Source: Candidatus Rifleibacterium amylolyticum (GTDB lineage Bacteria > Muiribacteriota > Ozemobacteria > Ozemobacterales > Ozemobacteraceae). Taken from it: a DNA stretch of 64,000 nt. This document shows, in pieces, positions 48,571 through 57,957 of the stretch (position 1 is the stretch's first letter; every line of letters starts with the position of its first letter). Under the pieces are notes generated by a model that saw only the letters and a program-made list of their open reading frames with translations, was not told the origin of the DNA and did not search any database. The DNA is taken from positions 92,997 through 156,996 of the forward strand of contig JAACJG010000011.1 in assembly GCA_009917695.1 (NCBI GenBank), in the 5' to 3' direction. The position numbers and the translations under genes were made by a program.

Positions 48571-48756
48571 TTACATGCCGCCGGTTGAGGCGAATTCTAC
48601 CTTGTCTGAACAGGCTACCATTATTCCCAGCATCGCCAGGAACAGGCCGATCATTATCCCGACAACCTTGCGGTGAGCAGCCTGCAGATCGTATTTCTGC
48701 GGGCCTTTAATTTCTTCGTTTTCAATATCTGCGTTCTTTTTCTTGTCTGCTTTCAT
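48571..48756 (-). CDS. small Lys-rich single-TM protein
   Basis: AGGAG lies 5 nt upstream of the ATG. The 61-aa protein has one transmembrane helix. Confidence 0.4.
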   Translation of the reverse strand: MKADKKKNADIENEEIKGPQKYDLQAAHRKVVGIMIGLFLAMLGIMVACSDKVEFASTGGM

Positions 48757-48814
48757 TTTTTTCTCCTGGCATAATGACTGTCAGAATGAGTTTTTCCGTG
48801 CCTGATTATAAGCC

Positions 48815-48843
48815 TTGCGTCATTCACTTGTAAACAATATACT
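48815..48843 (+). promoter_or_regulatory. putative thrA promoter (TTGCGT-N17-TATACT)
   Basis: The hexamers lie at 48815-48820 and 48838-48843. The repeat at 48854-48902 lies between the -10 element and the RBS. Confidence 0.3.
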
Positions 48844-48853
48844 ATGCGCATTC

Positions 48854-48902
48854 TATTCGTGCTCAGCTAAGCGTTAATCGTAATCGTAATCGATTTTTCG
48901 AA
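48854..48902. repeat. copy 2 of the cgtaat-containing direct repeat (putative operator)
   Basis: The sequence ttcgtgctcagctaagcgttaatcgtaatcgtaatcgatttttcgaatc is ~85% identical to the first half of 48386-48467. Confidence 0.5.
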
Positions 48903-48947
48903 TCAGAACACTGTCTCTCTATCATCGTCGCGCAAGGAGAATCTCGG

Positions 48948-51413
48948 ATGAAGGTCATGAAATTCGGCGGAACTTCCCTGGGAAACTGGGAAAGATTTTC
49001 ACAGGCGGCAGATATCATTCTGGCGGCAGCTCATACCGAAAAAGTTGCGGCTGTGCTTTCGGCGCCGGCAACCATAACCAACAGTCTCCTCGAAATGATG
49101 GAAAAGGCTCGCACTGGTGAAGACTACGAGGAGGTTATCAACCGTATCGAAGTTCTTCTGCGCAACCTTTTCGATGCCGCCAATACTGTGATAAGCGAAG
49201 AACAGCGCCAGCTTCTGGCGGCTATACTCAATAACCAGCTCAGTTTCTGGCGCCACAAGGCTGACGGCGTCGCGCTGCTCGGTGAATGCAGCGAAACCAT
49301 TACCGCCGCTGTCGCCGTCGGTGGCGAATACATGTCGGCGGCGCTCATGGAACAGATCATGATCGCCCGCGGCAGAACCTGCGCGCAGCTCGACCCGGCA
49401 CGGCTTTTTCCGGCATACGGCCCGACTCTCGATGCCATGGTTAACATAGATCAGGGCCGCAAACTCTTTGCTGGCGTGAACCTGAGTGAAAAGCAGGTCT
49501 GGATAATGCCGGGATTCGCAGCCTTCAATCGTCTCGGCCAGATTGTGACCCTTGGCCGAAACGGTTCTGATTATTCGGCCGCCGTTCTGGCCGCCTGCAT
49601 TAACGCCGACAGCTGCGAGATCTGGACCGACGTCGATGGCGCTTTCAGTGCTGATCCTCGCCTGGTGCCGGATGCTGCCTTTCTTGCTCAGCTCAGCTAC
49701 CAGGAAGCCATGGAAATGTCATATTTTGGCGCCAAGGTGCTGCACCCCAAGACGATTGTACCGATCGCCCAGTATCATATTCCCTGTTACATCAAAAACA
49801 GTCTGCGCCCGGATTTTCCCGGAACACTGATCTCAAGTGAGACAGACCGCACCGGCATGCAGGTCAAAGCGGTGTCGCATCTCGAAAAACAGACGATGTT
49901 CAATCTTTCCGGGCCAGGAATGAAGGGAATGGTCGGCATGGCCAGCCGCGTCTTTGGCGCCATTTCGCGAACCGGCGTCTCGATTTCGCTTATTTCGCAA
50001 AGCTCGTCCGAATACAGCATCTGTTTCTGCGTCGCTTCTGATTGCGCCGACAGGGCCGAACAGGCACTCAGCGCCGAATTCGAGCTTGAACTCCATACCG
50101 GGCTGCTCGAACCTTTTGCGCTGATGCATGGCCTGGCAATCGTCTCGCTGATTGGCGACGGCATGCGCACCCGCCGTGGACTGGCCGCAAAGTTTTTCAA
50201 GGCACTCGCTCTGGCCGGCGTCAACATCATAGCTATCGCCCAGGGTTCTTCCGAACGCTCGATCTCCGTAGTCATCGATCAGAAAAAGGCGACTCAGGCA
50301 GTCATCGGCTGCCATCAGATTTTTTTCGATGTGCAGCAATATCTCGACCTGTTTCTCGTCGGCTGCGGCAACATCGGCAAAGCCCTTCTGCGCCAGGTGC
50401 AGCAGCAGAAGGATATGCTCAAAAAAAGCAACATCACGATCCGAACCTGTGCCATAGCCAACTCAAAAAAAATGCTGCTCGATGCCCGCGGTATCGATCT
50501 TGAAAACTGGCAGCAGCAGCTCGAAGAAAAGGGTCAGGAATGTGACCTCGCGGTAATGTTTGCCTGGGCCACCGAACAGCAGTTGTCAAACCCCGTTTTT
50601 ATGGATTGCACCAGCAGTCAGCGCGTCGCCGACAGCTACGTCGATGCCATGAATGCCGGTCTGCACGTGGTGACGCCAAATAAAAAGGCCAATACCCGTG
50701 ATTACGCTTACTATACGGCCATGCGCGACACAGCGCTGCGACAGCGCCGGCAGTTTCTCTACGAAGCGACAGTCGGTGCCGGTCTGCCGGTTATCGACAA
50801 TCTCAAAAAACTTATCTATGCCGGCGATGAACTGCTCCGCTTCACTGGCATTCTCTCGGGATCGCTTTCCTTCATTTTTGGTCAGCTCGATGAGGGAGTC
50901 ACAATGTCAGAAGCTACGCGCATTGCACGCGAACGCAACTTTACCGAGCCTGACCCGCGCGACGACCTCAGCGGCATGGATGTCGCCAGAAAAGTGCTGA
51001 TTCTGGCCCGCGAAGCCGGTTACACTCTTGAACTTTCTGATATAAAGGTCGAAGGCGCCCTGCCCGAGAGCTTTGATGCAACTGGCAGCGTTGACGAATT
51101 CATGGCCCGGTTGCCACAGGCCGACGCCGCAATCAAAGCGCGTGTCGAAGCGGCACGGGCTCAAAACAAAGTTTTGCGCTATATCGGCGAGATCGATGCC
51201 GGCGTTTGCCGGGTCAGAGTTGGCGAAGTAAGTGCCGATGACCCTTTATACAGCGTCAAAGGCGGCGAAAACGCTCTCGCCTTTTACAGCCGGTATTATC
51301 AGCCGATTCCATTTGTGTTACGAGGTTATGGCGCTGGTAACGAAGTCACGGCGGCCGGCGTCTTCGCTGATCTAATGCGCACCCTCAACTGGACAAGAGA
51401 GACGGTCGTATGA
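48948..51413 (+). CDS. thrA: bifunctional aspartokinase / homoserine dehydrogenase I
   Basis: An 821-aa protein with KFGGTS at the N-terminus, ACT domains, and a C-terminal homoserine dehydrogenase domain. Confidence 0.9.
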   Translation: MKVMKFGGTSLGNWERFSQAADIILAAAHTEKVAAVLSAPATITNSLLEMMEKARTGEDYEEVINRIEVLLRNLFDAANTVISEEQRQLLAAILNNQLSFWRHKADGVALLGECSETITAAVAVGGEYMSAALMEQIMIARGRTCAQLDPARLFPAYGPTLDAMVNIDQGRKLFAGVNLSEKQVWIMPGFAAFNRLGQIVTLGRNGSDYSAAVLAACINADSCEIWTDVDGAFSADPRLVPDAAFLAQLSYQEAMEMSYFGAKVLHPKTIVPIAQYHIPCYIKNSLRPDFPGTLISSETDRTGMQVKAVSHLEKQTMFNLSGPGMKGMVGMASRVFGAISRTGVSISLISQSSSEYSICFCVASDCADRAEQALSAEFELELHTGLLEPFALMHGLAIVSLIGDGMRTRRGLAAKFFKALALAGVNIIAIAQGSSERSISVVIDQKKATQAVIGCHQIFFDVQQYLDLFLVGCGNIGKALLRQVQQQKDMLKKSNITIRTCAIANSKKMLLDARGIDLENWQQQLEEKGQECDLAVMFAWATEQQLSNPVFMDCTSSQRVADSYVDAMNAGLHVVTPNKKANTRDYAYYTAMRDTALRQRRQFLYEATVGAGLPVIDNLKKLIYAGDELLRFTGILSGSLSFIFGQLDEGVTMSEATRIARERNFTEPDPRDDLSGMDVARKVLILAREAGYTLELSDIKVEGALPESFDATGSVDEFMARLPQADAAIKARVEAARAQNKVLRYIGEIDAGVCRVRVGEVSADDPLYSVKGGENALAFYSRYYQPIPFVLRGYGAGNEVTAAGVFADLMRTLNWTRETVV

Positions 51414-52348
51414 GTGTCAAAGTCTACGCACCGGCTACCATAGCCAATCTCAGTGTCGGCTTCGATCTGCTAGGTGCCGCTGTCGTGCCGGTTGATGGCA
51501 GCTGTCTCGGTGACCGGCTCAAAGCCGAACGCACCGCAAAAGGCATCAGCCTCGACTGTTCAGGCCCTTGGCAGCATAAACTGCCGCAGGACCCCCAGCA
51601 GAATATAGTATATCAGTGCGCTGAACACTTTCTGCAACGCCTTGGTTCGGCCGGCAAAACTGGCGTCAGCCTCGAACTCGAAAAAAACCTGCCGGTCGGC
51701 AGCGGACTCGGATCGAGTGCCTGCTCGGTAGTGGCCGCTTTTGTTGCACTTAACCAGCTGTTCGAACAGCCTTTCAGCAACGACAAGCTCATGCTGATGA
51801 TGGGCGAATTCGAAGGGAAGGTCAGCGGTTCGATTCATTACGACAATGTCGCGCCCTGTTTTCTCGGCGGTTTGCAGCTCATGCTGCAGAGCGAAAAAAG
51901 CTTCTGCGCCAGCCTGCCATTTTTTCGTGACTGGTTCTGGGTTGTCGCCTACCCCGGCATCTCACTTTCGACCGCGAAAATGCGTGCCCTGCTTCCAGAA
52001 AAATACAGCCGAGCAGATCTCATTACCTATGGTCGTCTGCTCAGCGGTTTCATTCACGCCTCGCATACCAACGATGCTGAACTCGCCGCTTCACTGCTGC
52101 ACGATGTCGTGGCCGAACCCTGGCGCAGCCCGCATATACCAGGATATAACGCTGCTAAAAGTGCTTTGCGCGAGTTTGGCGTGCTTGCCAGCGGTATTTC
52201 CGGCAGCGGCCCGACCATGTTTGCCGTTAGCAACAGCCGTAAAACTGCCGATCTGGCAGCTGAATGGCTCGCCAACCATTATCTCTGCGAACCCGGCGGC
52301 TTTGTTAAAGTCTGCAGAATCTCAGAAGCCGGCACTCACTGCATATAG
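51410..52348 (+). CDS. thrB: homoserine kinase
   Basis: GHMP-kinase motifs are present (..[10 protein letters not shown]..), and the start overlaps the thrA stop. Confidence 0.85.
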   Translation: MSVKVYAPATIANLSVGFDLLGAAVVPVDGSCLGDRLKAERTAKGISLDCSGPWQHKLPQDPQQNIVYQCAEHFLQRLGSAGKTGVSLELEKNLPVGSGLGSSACSVVAAFVALNQLFEQPFSNDKLMLMMGEFEGKVSGSIHYDNVAPCFLGGLQLMLQSEKSFCASLPFFRDWFWVVAYPGISLSTAKMRALLPEKYSRADLITYGRLLSGFIHASHTNDAELAASLLHDVVAEPWRSPHIPGYNAAKSALREFGVLASGISGSGPTMFAVSNSRKTADLAAEWLANHYLCEPGGFVKVCRISEAGTHCI

Positions 52349-52380
52349 CAGTTAAAATTGAATCAGGAAATTGAAACAGC

Positions 52381-53661
52381 ATGAAACTTTATAACCTGCA
52401 GCACCCGGAAGAACAGGTCACATTTGCCGAGGCGGTGAAACTTGGGATGGGCCGGGACCGTGGTCTTTTCTTTCCGACAGAGATTCCGCAATTGCATGAT
52501 GTCGACAGTCTGCTGCGACTTCCATTTTTAGAGCGCAGTTGCCGTATCATCGAAGCCTGGATTGGCACTGAAGTCGGCCATGCGGCAGTCAGACAGCTGG
52601 TCGAAAAAGCCTTTGACTTTCCGTTGAAACTGGTAAAAGTAGACGACCATCGCAGTATACTTGAACTCTTTCACGGCCCTACTCTCGCGTTCAAAGATTT
52701 TGGCGCGCGCTTCATGGCACAGTGTCTGAGCGAATTTGCGGCCGGCCAGAAGATCACCATTCTGACCGCAACTTCCGGAGATACCGGCGCAGCCGTAGCA
52801 CATGCCTTTTACGGCCTGCCAGGAATCAGAGTCGTCGTACTTTACCCGGAAGGCAAGATCAGCCCGCTCCAGGAAAAGCTTTTCTGTACACTCGGCGGCA
52901 ACATTCATACTGTCGCAGTCAGTTCAGATTTCGATGCCTGCCAGGAACTGGTTAAAAAGTCATTCGTCGATAATGACCTGCAACAGGCCTTGCATCTCAA
53001 TTCAGCCAACTCGATCAATATCGCACGTCTGCTGGCGCAGGTCTGCTACTATTTCGAGGCTGTCGCCGCCTGCGATTGCGGCAAACCACCGGTTATCGCC
53101 GTGCCCAGCGGCAATTTCGGCAACCTGACTGCTGGACTGCTGGCGCAGGCAATGGGCTTGCCGGTTAAGCGTTTTATCGCAGCGACCAATTGCAATGATA
53201 CGGTTCCGCGCTATCTGAGCAGCGGTGTCTGGTCGCCGAACCCGACAGCAGCAACCGCGTCGAATGCCATGGACGTCGCCGCGCCAAGCAACTGGCCGCG
53301 CGTCGAGGCTGTTCTAGCAGCAATGGGTCGACCGCTCAGCGACCTTGCCGGCATTGCCGTTTCAGAAGAGCAGACACGCGAATCACTGCGCGACCTAAAG
53401 CGTCTCGGCTACCTTGCCGAACCACATGCCGCAGTGGCTGCATACGCGCTGCAGAAATCACTGCAACCCGGCGAGCACGGCATCTTTCTTGGCACCGCGC
53501 ATCCGGCCAAATTCAAAGAAACGGTAGAGCAGACACTCGCTCTCATCATCGACCTGCCCGCACCGTTACAGGCCGTCTCCGACCGCCCCGTTCTCTCAGG
53601 CCGTTCTGGAAATGATTTTGACAAATTTAAAGACTATCTGCTCAAAGAGATTGCAGACTGA
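52381..53661 (+). CDS. thrC: threonine synthase
   Basis: A 426-aa protein with ..FHGPTLAFKD.. carrying the PLP lysine, and a ThrC-type N-terminus. Confidence 0.9.
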   Translation: MKLYNLQHPEEQVTFAEAVKLGMGRDRGLFFPTEIPQLHDVDSLLRLPFLERSCRIIEAWIGTEVGHAAVRQLVEKAFDFPLKLVKVDDHRSILELFHGPTLAFKDFGARFMAQCLSEFAAGQKITILTATSGDTGAAVAHAFYGLPGIRVVVLYPEGKISPLQEKLFCTLGGNIHTVAVSSDFDACQELVKKSFVDNDLQQALHLNSANSINIARLLAQVCYYFEAVAACDCGKPPVIAVPSGNFGNLTAGLLAQAMGLPVKRFIAATNCNDTVPRYLSSGVWSPNPTAATASNAMDVAAPSNWPRVEAVLAAMGRPLSDLAGIAVSEEQTRESLRDLKRLGYLAEPHAAVAAYALQKSLQPGEHGIFLGTAHPAKFKETVEQTLALIIDLPAPLQAVSDRPVLSGRSGNDFDKFKDYLLKEIAD

Positions 53662-53673
53662 AAAGGTGAAACT

Positions 53674-54621
53674 ATGCGAAAACTGATTCTGCTGGCTATT
53701 GTGTGCATCGTGCTGCCTCAGCTGGTCGCAGCCAAAGACTTTGCTTCGGAGATTTTTCAGGTGAATTCGGCCGGGTTCCCTAAAATTGGCGTGCTGCTGA
53801 AAGTGTTCAGCAAGGAACCGACAGAGTTGAAGAATGACAATTTTACCATCAGCGAAGATGCCACAGGAATCAGCAGTTTTGAGCTGGTATTTCAGAAAAA
53901 CCGGCATTACATGGTGCTGGTCATCGACCGCTCATCGAGCATCGAACCGGCTATGCCAGCGGTTAAGCAGGCGGCGGCATCTTTTGTTCAAAGCATGGTC
54001 AGCGATGTCCAAATGTCTGTGCTGTCGTTTGGCAGCGACCTCGATTTCACACATGACTTCTCGACTGACGGGGAGTCTCTGGTCGCCAGCATTCAGAAAA
54101 TACGGCCCTGGGGTGGCACGACACTTTATGATGCGCTCTATTCGGCCTGTGAAGAGCTTAATAATAAGGCAGGCCGCAGCGATCTCAAGACGGTCGTCTG
54201 CCTTACCGACGGGCGTGACAGCAAACCGAACGGACAAACGCCGATGTCTACTCATACACCGGCCGAAGTCAGCAAGTTTGCGACTGACAAAGGCGTCAGG
54301 CTGATCACCGTCGGCCTTGGCAACGATATAGACGAGGCCATTCTCAGAGATTTCGCAACATCGACCGGCGGCTGGTATCTACAGACAACCACGCCTGAAC
54401 AGCTGGCAAAGCTTTATGAAGCTCTCAGCCGCCGCATGAAGCTCGAACGTTACTACCGCATGACCCACACCCGAAGCCGGAAGCCGACGGCACCCGCCGT
54501 AATATCGAGATTGTCAGCCGGCTGCGCGGAAATGAAGAGCAGGGCAAAGGTTTCTATACCGCACCGACAAAAACAGTCTACAAGCCAGCAGCCGATGATT
54601 CCGGCAGCTCCGGCAAAATGA
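53674..54621 (+). CDS. secreted von Willebrand factor A (VWA) domain protein
   Basis: A signal peptide is followed by the MIDAS motif VLVIDRSSS and ..GGTTLYDAL..CLTDG... It has a basic low-complexity tail. Confidence 0.7.
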   Translation: MRKLILLAIVCIVLPQLVAAKDFASEIFQVNSAGFPKIGVLLKVFSKEPTELKNDNFTISEDATGISSFELVFQKNRHYMVLVIDRSSSIEPAMPAVKQAAASFVQSMVSDVQMSVLSFGSDLDFTHDFSTDGESLVASIQKIRPWGGTTLYDALYSACEELNNKAGRSDLKTVVCLTDGRDSKPNGQTPMSTHTPAEVSKFATDKGVRLITVGLGNDIDEAILRDFATSTGGWYLQTTTPEQLAKLYEALSRRMKLERYYRMTHTRSRKPTAPAVISRLSAGCAEMKSRAKVSIPHRQKQSTSQQPMIPAAPAK

Positions 54622-55388
54622 CGCTGCGCTCGGTTTTCAGCGATCTGCATATAGATGGCCCCGATTCGGTCTTTCTCACCGGGCCGATCATACCGCCACC
54701 ATCACATCCGGTTTTTGGCCTTAACCGCGCTTCTCTGCTTGGCCTGTCGCAGTCTGATGCGCTGGCCCTCATCGAGCAGACGCGCGAACGGGTCGGCGCC
54801 GAGCATCTTGCCAACTATCATAGGCAGCAGGCCTATCTCGACAATTACAGCAACGGCCTTGCCAGTCTTTCAGCACAGGTCGAAGAAAACGCCAGCCGCA
54901 GCGACCTCAAGGAATTCGAACGGCCGCGCATCGAATACCGCCGCGAATACCTGCGCATGCGCAGCGAAGAAATCAACCTGCATTCGCAGCAGGCCTATGA
55001 TGAATACCATGCCAGACACACAGCGGCCATGGCCGATCTGGATTTTTTTCAGCAGCATGTCGCCAATGATGAGGCTGATGTCGACGACCTCTTTCATGCC
55101 AACTCAGCCAGTCTCACCGCTACTCTCAGCCAGATTGACGAAAAATACGACAATCTTCTGAATCAGCATCAGGAAAAGATGAACCAGCATTTCTCAGACA
55201 CTCTCGACAGCCGTGGCAGCAACGTCGAATTCAATCAGACCATCACCGATGAACAGATAGACCTGCCGATCATCCCTGACCCGACCGGCAGCGGCCGCCC
55301 ATCTGTCGGCAACATCCGGGAGTTTATAAATAAGCACGTTCCCGGCGCCGATGGTGACGCCCCCGAACTAGAGCTTCTCGACGATTAG
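54618..55388 (+). CDS. acidic hypothetical protein translationally coupled to the VWA gene
   Basis: There is an ATGA start/stop overlap. The 256-aa protein is helical and acidic. Confidence 0.4.
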   Translation: MTLRSVFSDLHIDGPDSVFLTGPIIPPPSHPVFGLNRASLLGLSQSDALALIEQTRERVGAEHLANYHRQQAYLDNYSNGLASLSAQVEENASRSDLKEFERPRIEYRREYLRMRSEEINLHSQQAYDEYHARHTAAMADLDFFQQHVANDEADVDDLFHANSASLTATLSQIDEKYDNLLNQHQEKMNQHFSDTLDSRGSNVEFNQTITDEQIDLPIIPDPTGSGRPSVGNIREFINKHVPGADGDAPELELLDD

Positions 55389-55401
55389 TCGATAACTTAA
55401 C

Positions 55402-56082
55402 TTAGTTCAGACGCAGGCGGAAGCTGGCAAGAGGAGTCGTTTCGATTTTCGTAATCTTATCGACGCCCTCATTTCTGCTCGCGCCTGAAGCCTCGATGTA
55501 AGTTGTTTTTAAAATACATTCAATGTCGTAGACGCCCGGTGTAAGGCTTTCAAGAAATATCCGGGCATTGATATAGCGAACATCGTCAGTGCCAATAGCG
55601 CTGTCACTCGGAACCCAGGTCGTCTCAGGCTTCTCGACTTCGATTTCGATAAGCTGGGGCTCCGGCTTCTGGTTAGAATCGTCATCGACATAAGTGAACG
55701 CTCTCTTGAATTCAGCTTTAGTGATTTTCATGCCGCGCATATCATCGGCACCATTGCCGCTCATTCCATGCAGAATGTAGAGCATCGGGCGCTCGTCTAC
55801 TCTGTATTCGACATCCTGCTTTGCGACAGACTGGCTGTCAGGCCGGTCGAACATTTCTTTTTTGAGCTTGTTGACTATGTCGTTTTCAGTGGCGAGAATC
55901 ACGCGCAAAGTTCTATTGGTTCCCTGAGTTTTGCTGATCAGCTCGCCAATATTTTTCTCGTTTCCAGAGCTGTAGCTCTTCAGGAATTCACTCTTCAGGT
56001 GAAGCGTTTCAGCTGAAACGCTTGCCGCCATGAACCACGCTAAAGTTATCACCAGACAAACTGCCCAAAACTGTCTTCTCAT
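55402..56082 (-). CDS. secreted hypothetical protein
   Basis: I chose the start MRRQFWAVCL, which begins a signal peptide ending ..SVSA. Confidence 0.4.
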   Translation of the reverse strand: MRRQFWAVCLVITLAWFMAASVSAETLHLKSEFLKSYSSGNEKNIGELISKTQGTNRTLRVILATENDIVNKLKKEMFDRPDSQSVAKQDVEYRVDERPMLYILHGMSGNGADDMRGMKITKAEFKRAFTYVDDDSNQKPEPQLIEIEVEKPETTWVPSDSAIGTDDVRYINARIFLESLTPGVYDIECILKTTYIEASGASRNEGVDKITKIETTPLASFRLRLN

Positions 56083-56148
56083 AGATGTCCTCCTGAATGA
56101 GCCTATGTATAAAATAGCAGAGTACAAGGCAAACCTCAAGATCCACGG

Positions 56149-56949
56149 TCAGCGGCTGTAGTAGTTGATGTTATCCTTTTTCCAGCTTGTGCGTTTTTCG
56201 AGGTCACGCAGGCTGACCGGGCCTTCGACCGGGTTGTTGTCCATACTCGGGCCCATCAGCATGACATGGGCGCGTTTGCCGATCACTTCAAGCACCATAA
56301 CCTGCTGACCGGTCGGAACTTTTGTATCACCGAGCTTGAGATATTTTGCGGTTACACTGTATTTTTGCGTGCGTTTTGGAATATTGGCGACCTGAGCCTT
56401 GAGCCTGTCGAGTTCTGGCGGGCCAAACTGCCTGTCTGCGCGAAACTGGTCGATAACCTGATTATAAAGTGCCATAACCAGCATGCTCGATTTGATGATG
56501 GCGGCCTTGAATCCACTGTCAATGCGAAGATTCTTCATAACTCCGGTCATGCCTTCAAAAAGCTGATATTTGGCGGCATAAATCTGGGCGAGAATTTTAA
56601 GCTCTTCAGGCAGTCGTGGTTCGAGTTGACGATAAATGCCGGCGGCGTTGGCAAATTTTGTTTTTACCTCAGGCATCTTACCGAGAACGTTGAGATACTT
56701 CATGTCGTGAAAGTAGCCTTCGTATTCATCGAGAAAAGAAAACAGCTGCATCAACTGTTCGCGCTGATTGATCTGCCCGGGTTGATGAGTCGAAAGCTGC
56801 ACTGCTTTTGGTTGCGGCGTCATGCAACCAGCGCAGAATGTCGCATTATCTGGCAGTTCGGCATTGCACCCGATACACAGTTTGGCGTCAACCTGTGGAC
56901 AAAGTGCCCCCAGCAACAGCAGCGCAAGCAGCAGACAACGCAATTTCAT
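56149..56949 (-). CDS. secreted protein with N-terminal CxxC..CxxC zinc-ribbon and C-terminal SH3-like segment
   Basis: It has a signal peptide, CIGCNAELPDNATFCAGC, and a C-terminal ..GQQVMVLEVIGKRAHVML.. Confidence 0.4.
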   Translation of the reverse strand: MKLRCLLLALLLLGALCPQVDAKLCIGCNAELPDNATFCAGCMTPQPKAVQLSTHQPGQINQREQLMQLFSFLDEYEGYFHDMKYLNVLGKMPEVKTKFANAAGIYRQLEPRLPEELKILAQIYAAKYQLFEGMTGVMKNLRIDSGFKAAIIKSSMLVMALYNQVIDQFRADRQFGPPELDRLKAQVANIPKRTQKYSVTAKYLKLGDTKVPTGQQVMVLEVIGKRAHVMLMGPSMDNNPVEGPVSLRDLEKRTSWKKDNINYYSR

Positions 56950-57318
56950 AGTAATCTCCAGTCATTTGAGTTTTGTATATCATGCCTCTTTTAAACCCAT
57001 CTTGCAACCCCATAATTGGGTTTCATCTGACAAAAGCGAACTTTGCCAAAAAATACAAACGCATAGGAGCCAAATTAGAGTAAGGGCGCAGGCGGGTTTC
57101 TCATGCGCGGAAACTTCGAGCCAGGCGACTTTGACGCAGAGCCATAGCTTTACAAAATTAGCCCCCGTCTGGGGAGAGTTGTAGCGAATGAGATTCCGCC
57201 GAGAGCCCGATTTAAAAGGCACTTCTCGTAAAAATCATGCAAGAAACGGATGATCCTTAATTTTTTTCAGTACATGACTTTCTTGCGTTTGGGGTGAAAT
57301 TGCATACTTTATCTGATC

Positions 57319-57885
57319 ATGAAAAATCTGAAAAATTTTGGCGCTTTTCTCTGTTGCTTTCTGCTGGCCATTATTACGGTCGGCAGAGTGCCGGCAAGCG
57401 CAGAAGAAAAGATGTTTCCGCCGTTTTACGTAAAAAAACTGGCGCCCGGCGAGCAGTTCACTCCTTTCGAAATCGTCGATCTCGATGGCCGCACCTGGAG
57501 CAACCGCCGTTATCTGACGCGCCCGCTGCTGCTTATTACCGGAAAATGGGCCCTGCGTCACGATCTGCGCAAATGGGCTGAACATCTTAATTTGCAGTAT
57601 GCTCTGAAGGCCGATGTTCTCTGGATTTTCAACCCGAACGCAGGCTGGTTCGAAGACCGCCGCAAAAGATCTGAAGATGCCTTCAAGGAATTCAACCCCA
57701 AGATTCCGCTGCTGATCGACTCGCACGCGCTGATCGGTCGCAGCCTCAAAATCGAATACGATATTCCCACCATCATTGGCATCGACAGCAACAACCGTTA
57801 CCAGTTCGCACTCGAAAGCCCCTTCAACAAACCCGGCAGCGCCAAACTCGACGCCCTGATCAGAACAAAACTCCTATATAACTGA
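57319..57885 (+). CDS. secreted hypothetical protein (possible thioredoxin-like fold, no CxxC)
   Basis: A 188-aa protein with a signal peptide. Confidence 0.35.
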   Translation: MKNLKNFGAFLCCFLLAIITVGRVPASAEEKMFPPFYVKKLAPGEQFTPFEIVDLDGRTWSNRRYLTRPLLLITGKWALRHDLRKWAEHLNLQYALKADVLWIFNPNAGWFEDRRKRSEDAFKEFNPKIPLLIDSHALIGRSLKIEYDIPTIIGIDSNNRYQFALESPFNKPGSAKLDALIRTKLLYN

Positions 57886-57957
57886 TGATGCAGGTAGTGG
57901 ACATTTGGGCAGATTAAAGTTATCATCTTGCAAAATTCACAGCATGAGGGTAACCGA

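Noticed and set aside
48358-48588. 76-aa plus-strand ORF upstream of thrA
   Set aside because: It is encoded largely by the cgtaat palindrome (giving low-complexity RLRLRLRER) and has no RBS. The opposite-strand 61-aa ORF with a strong RBS is the more credible gene.
48386-48902. Possible CRISPR-like array because of short tandem cgtaat units
   Set aside because: There are only 2-3 tandem 6-bp units and two dispersed copies. No regular repeat-spacer periodicity and no cas genes are present.
54400-54640. Frameshift/pseudogene call for the VWA gene
   Set aside because: A canonical ATGA stop/start overlap (aaaATGAcg) gives a simpler two-gene explanation. I keep it only as a low-interest finding.
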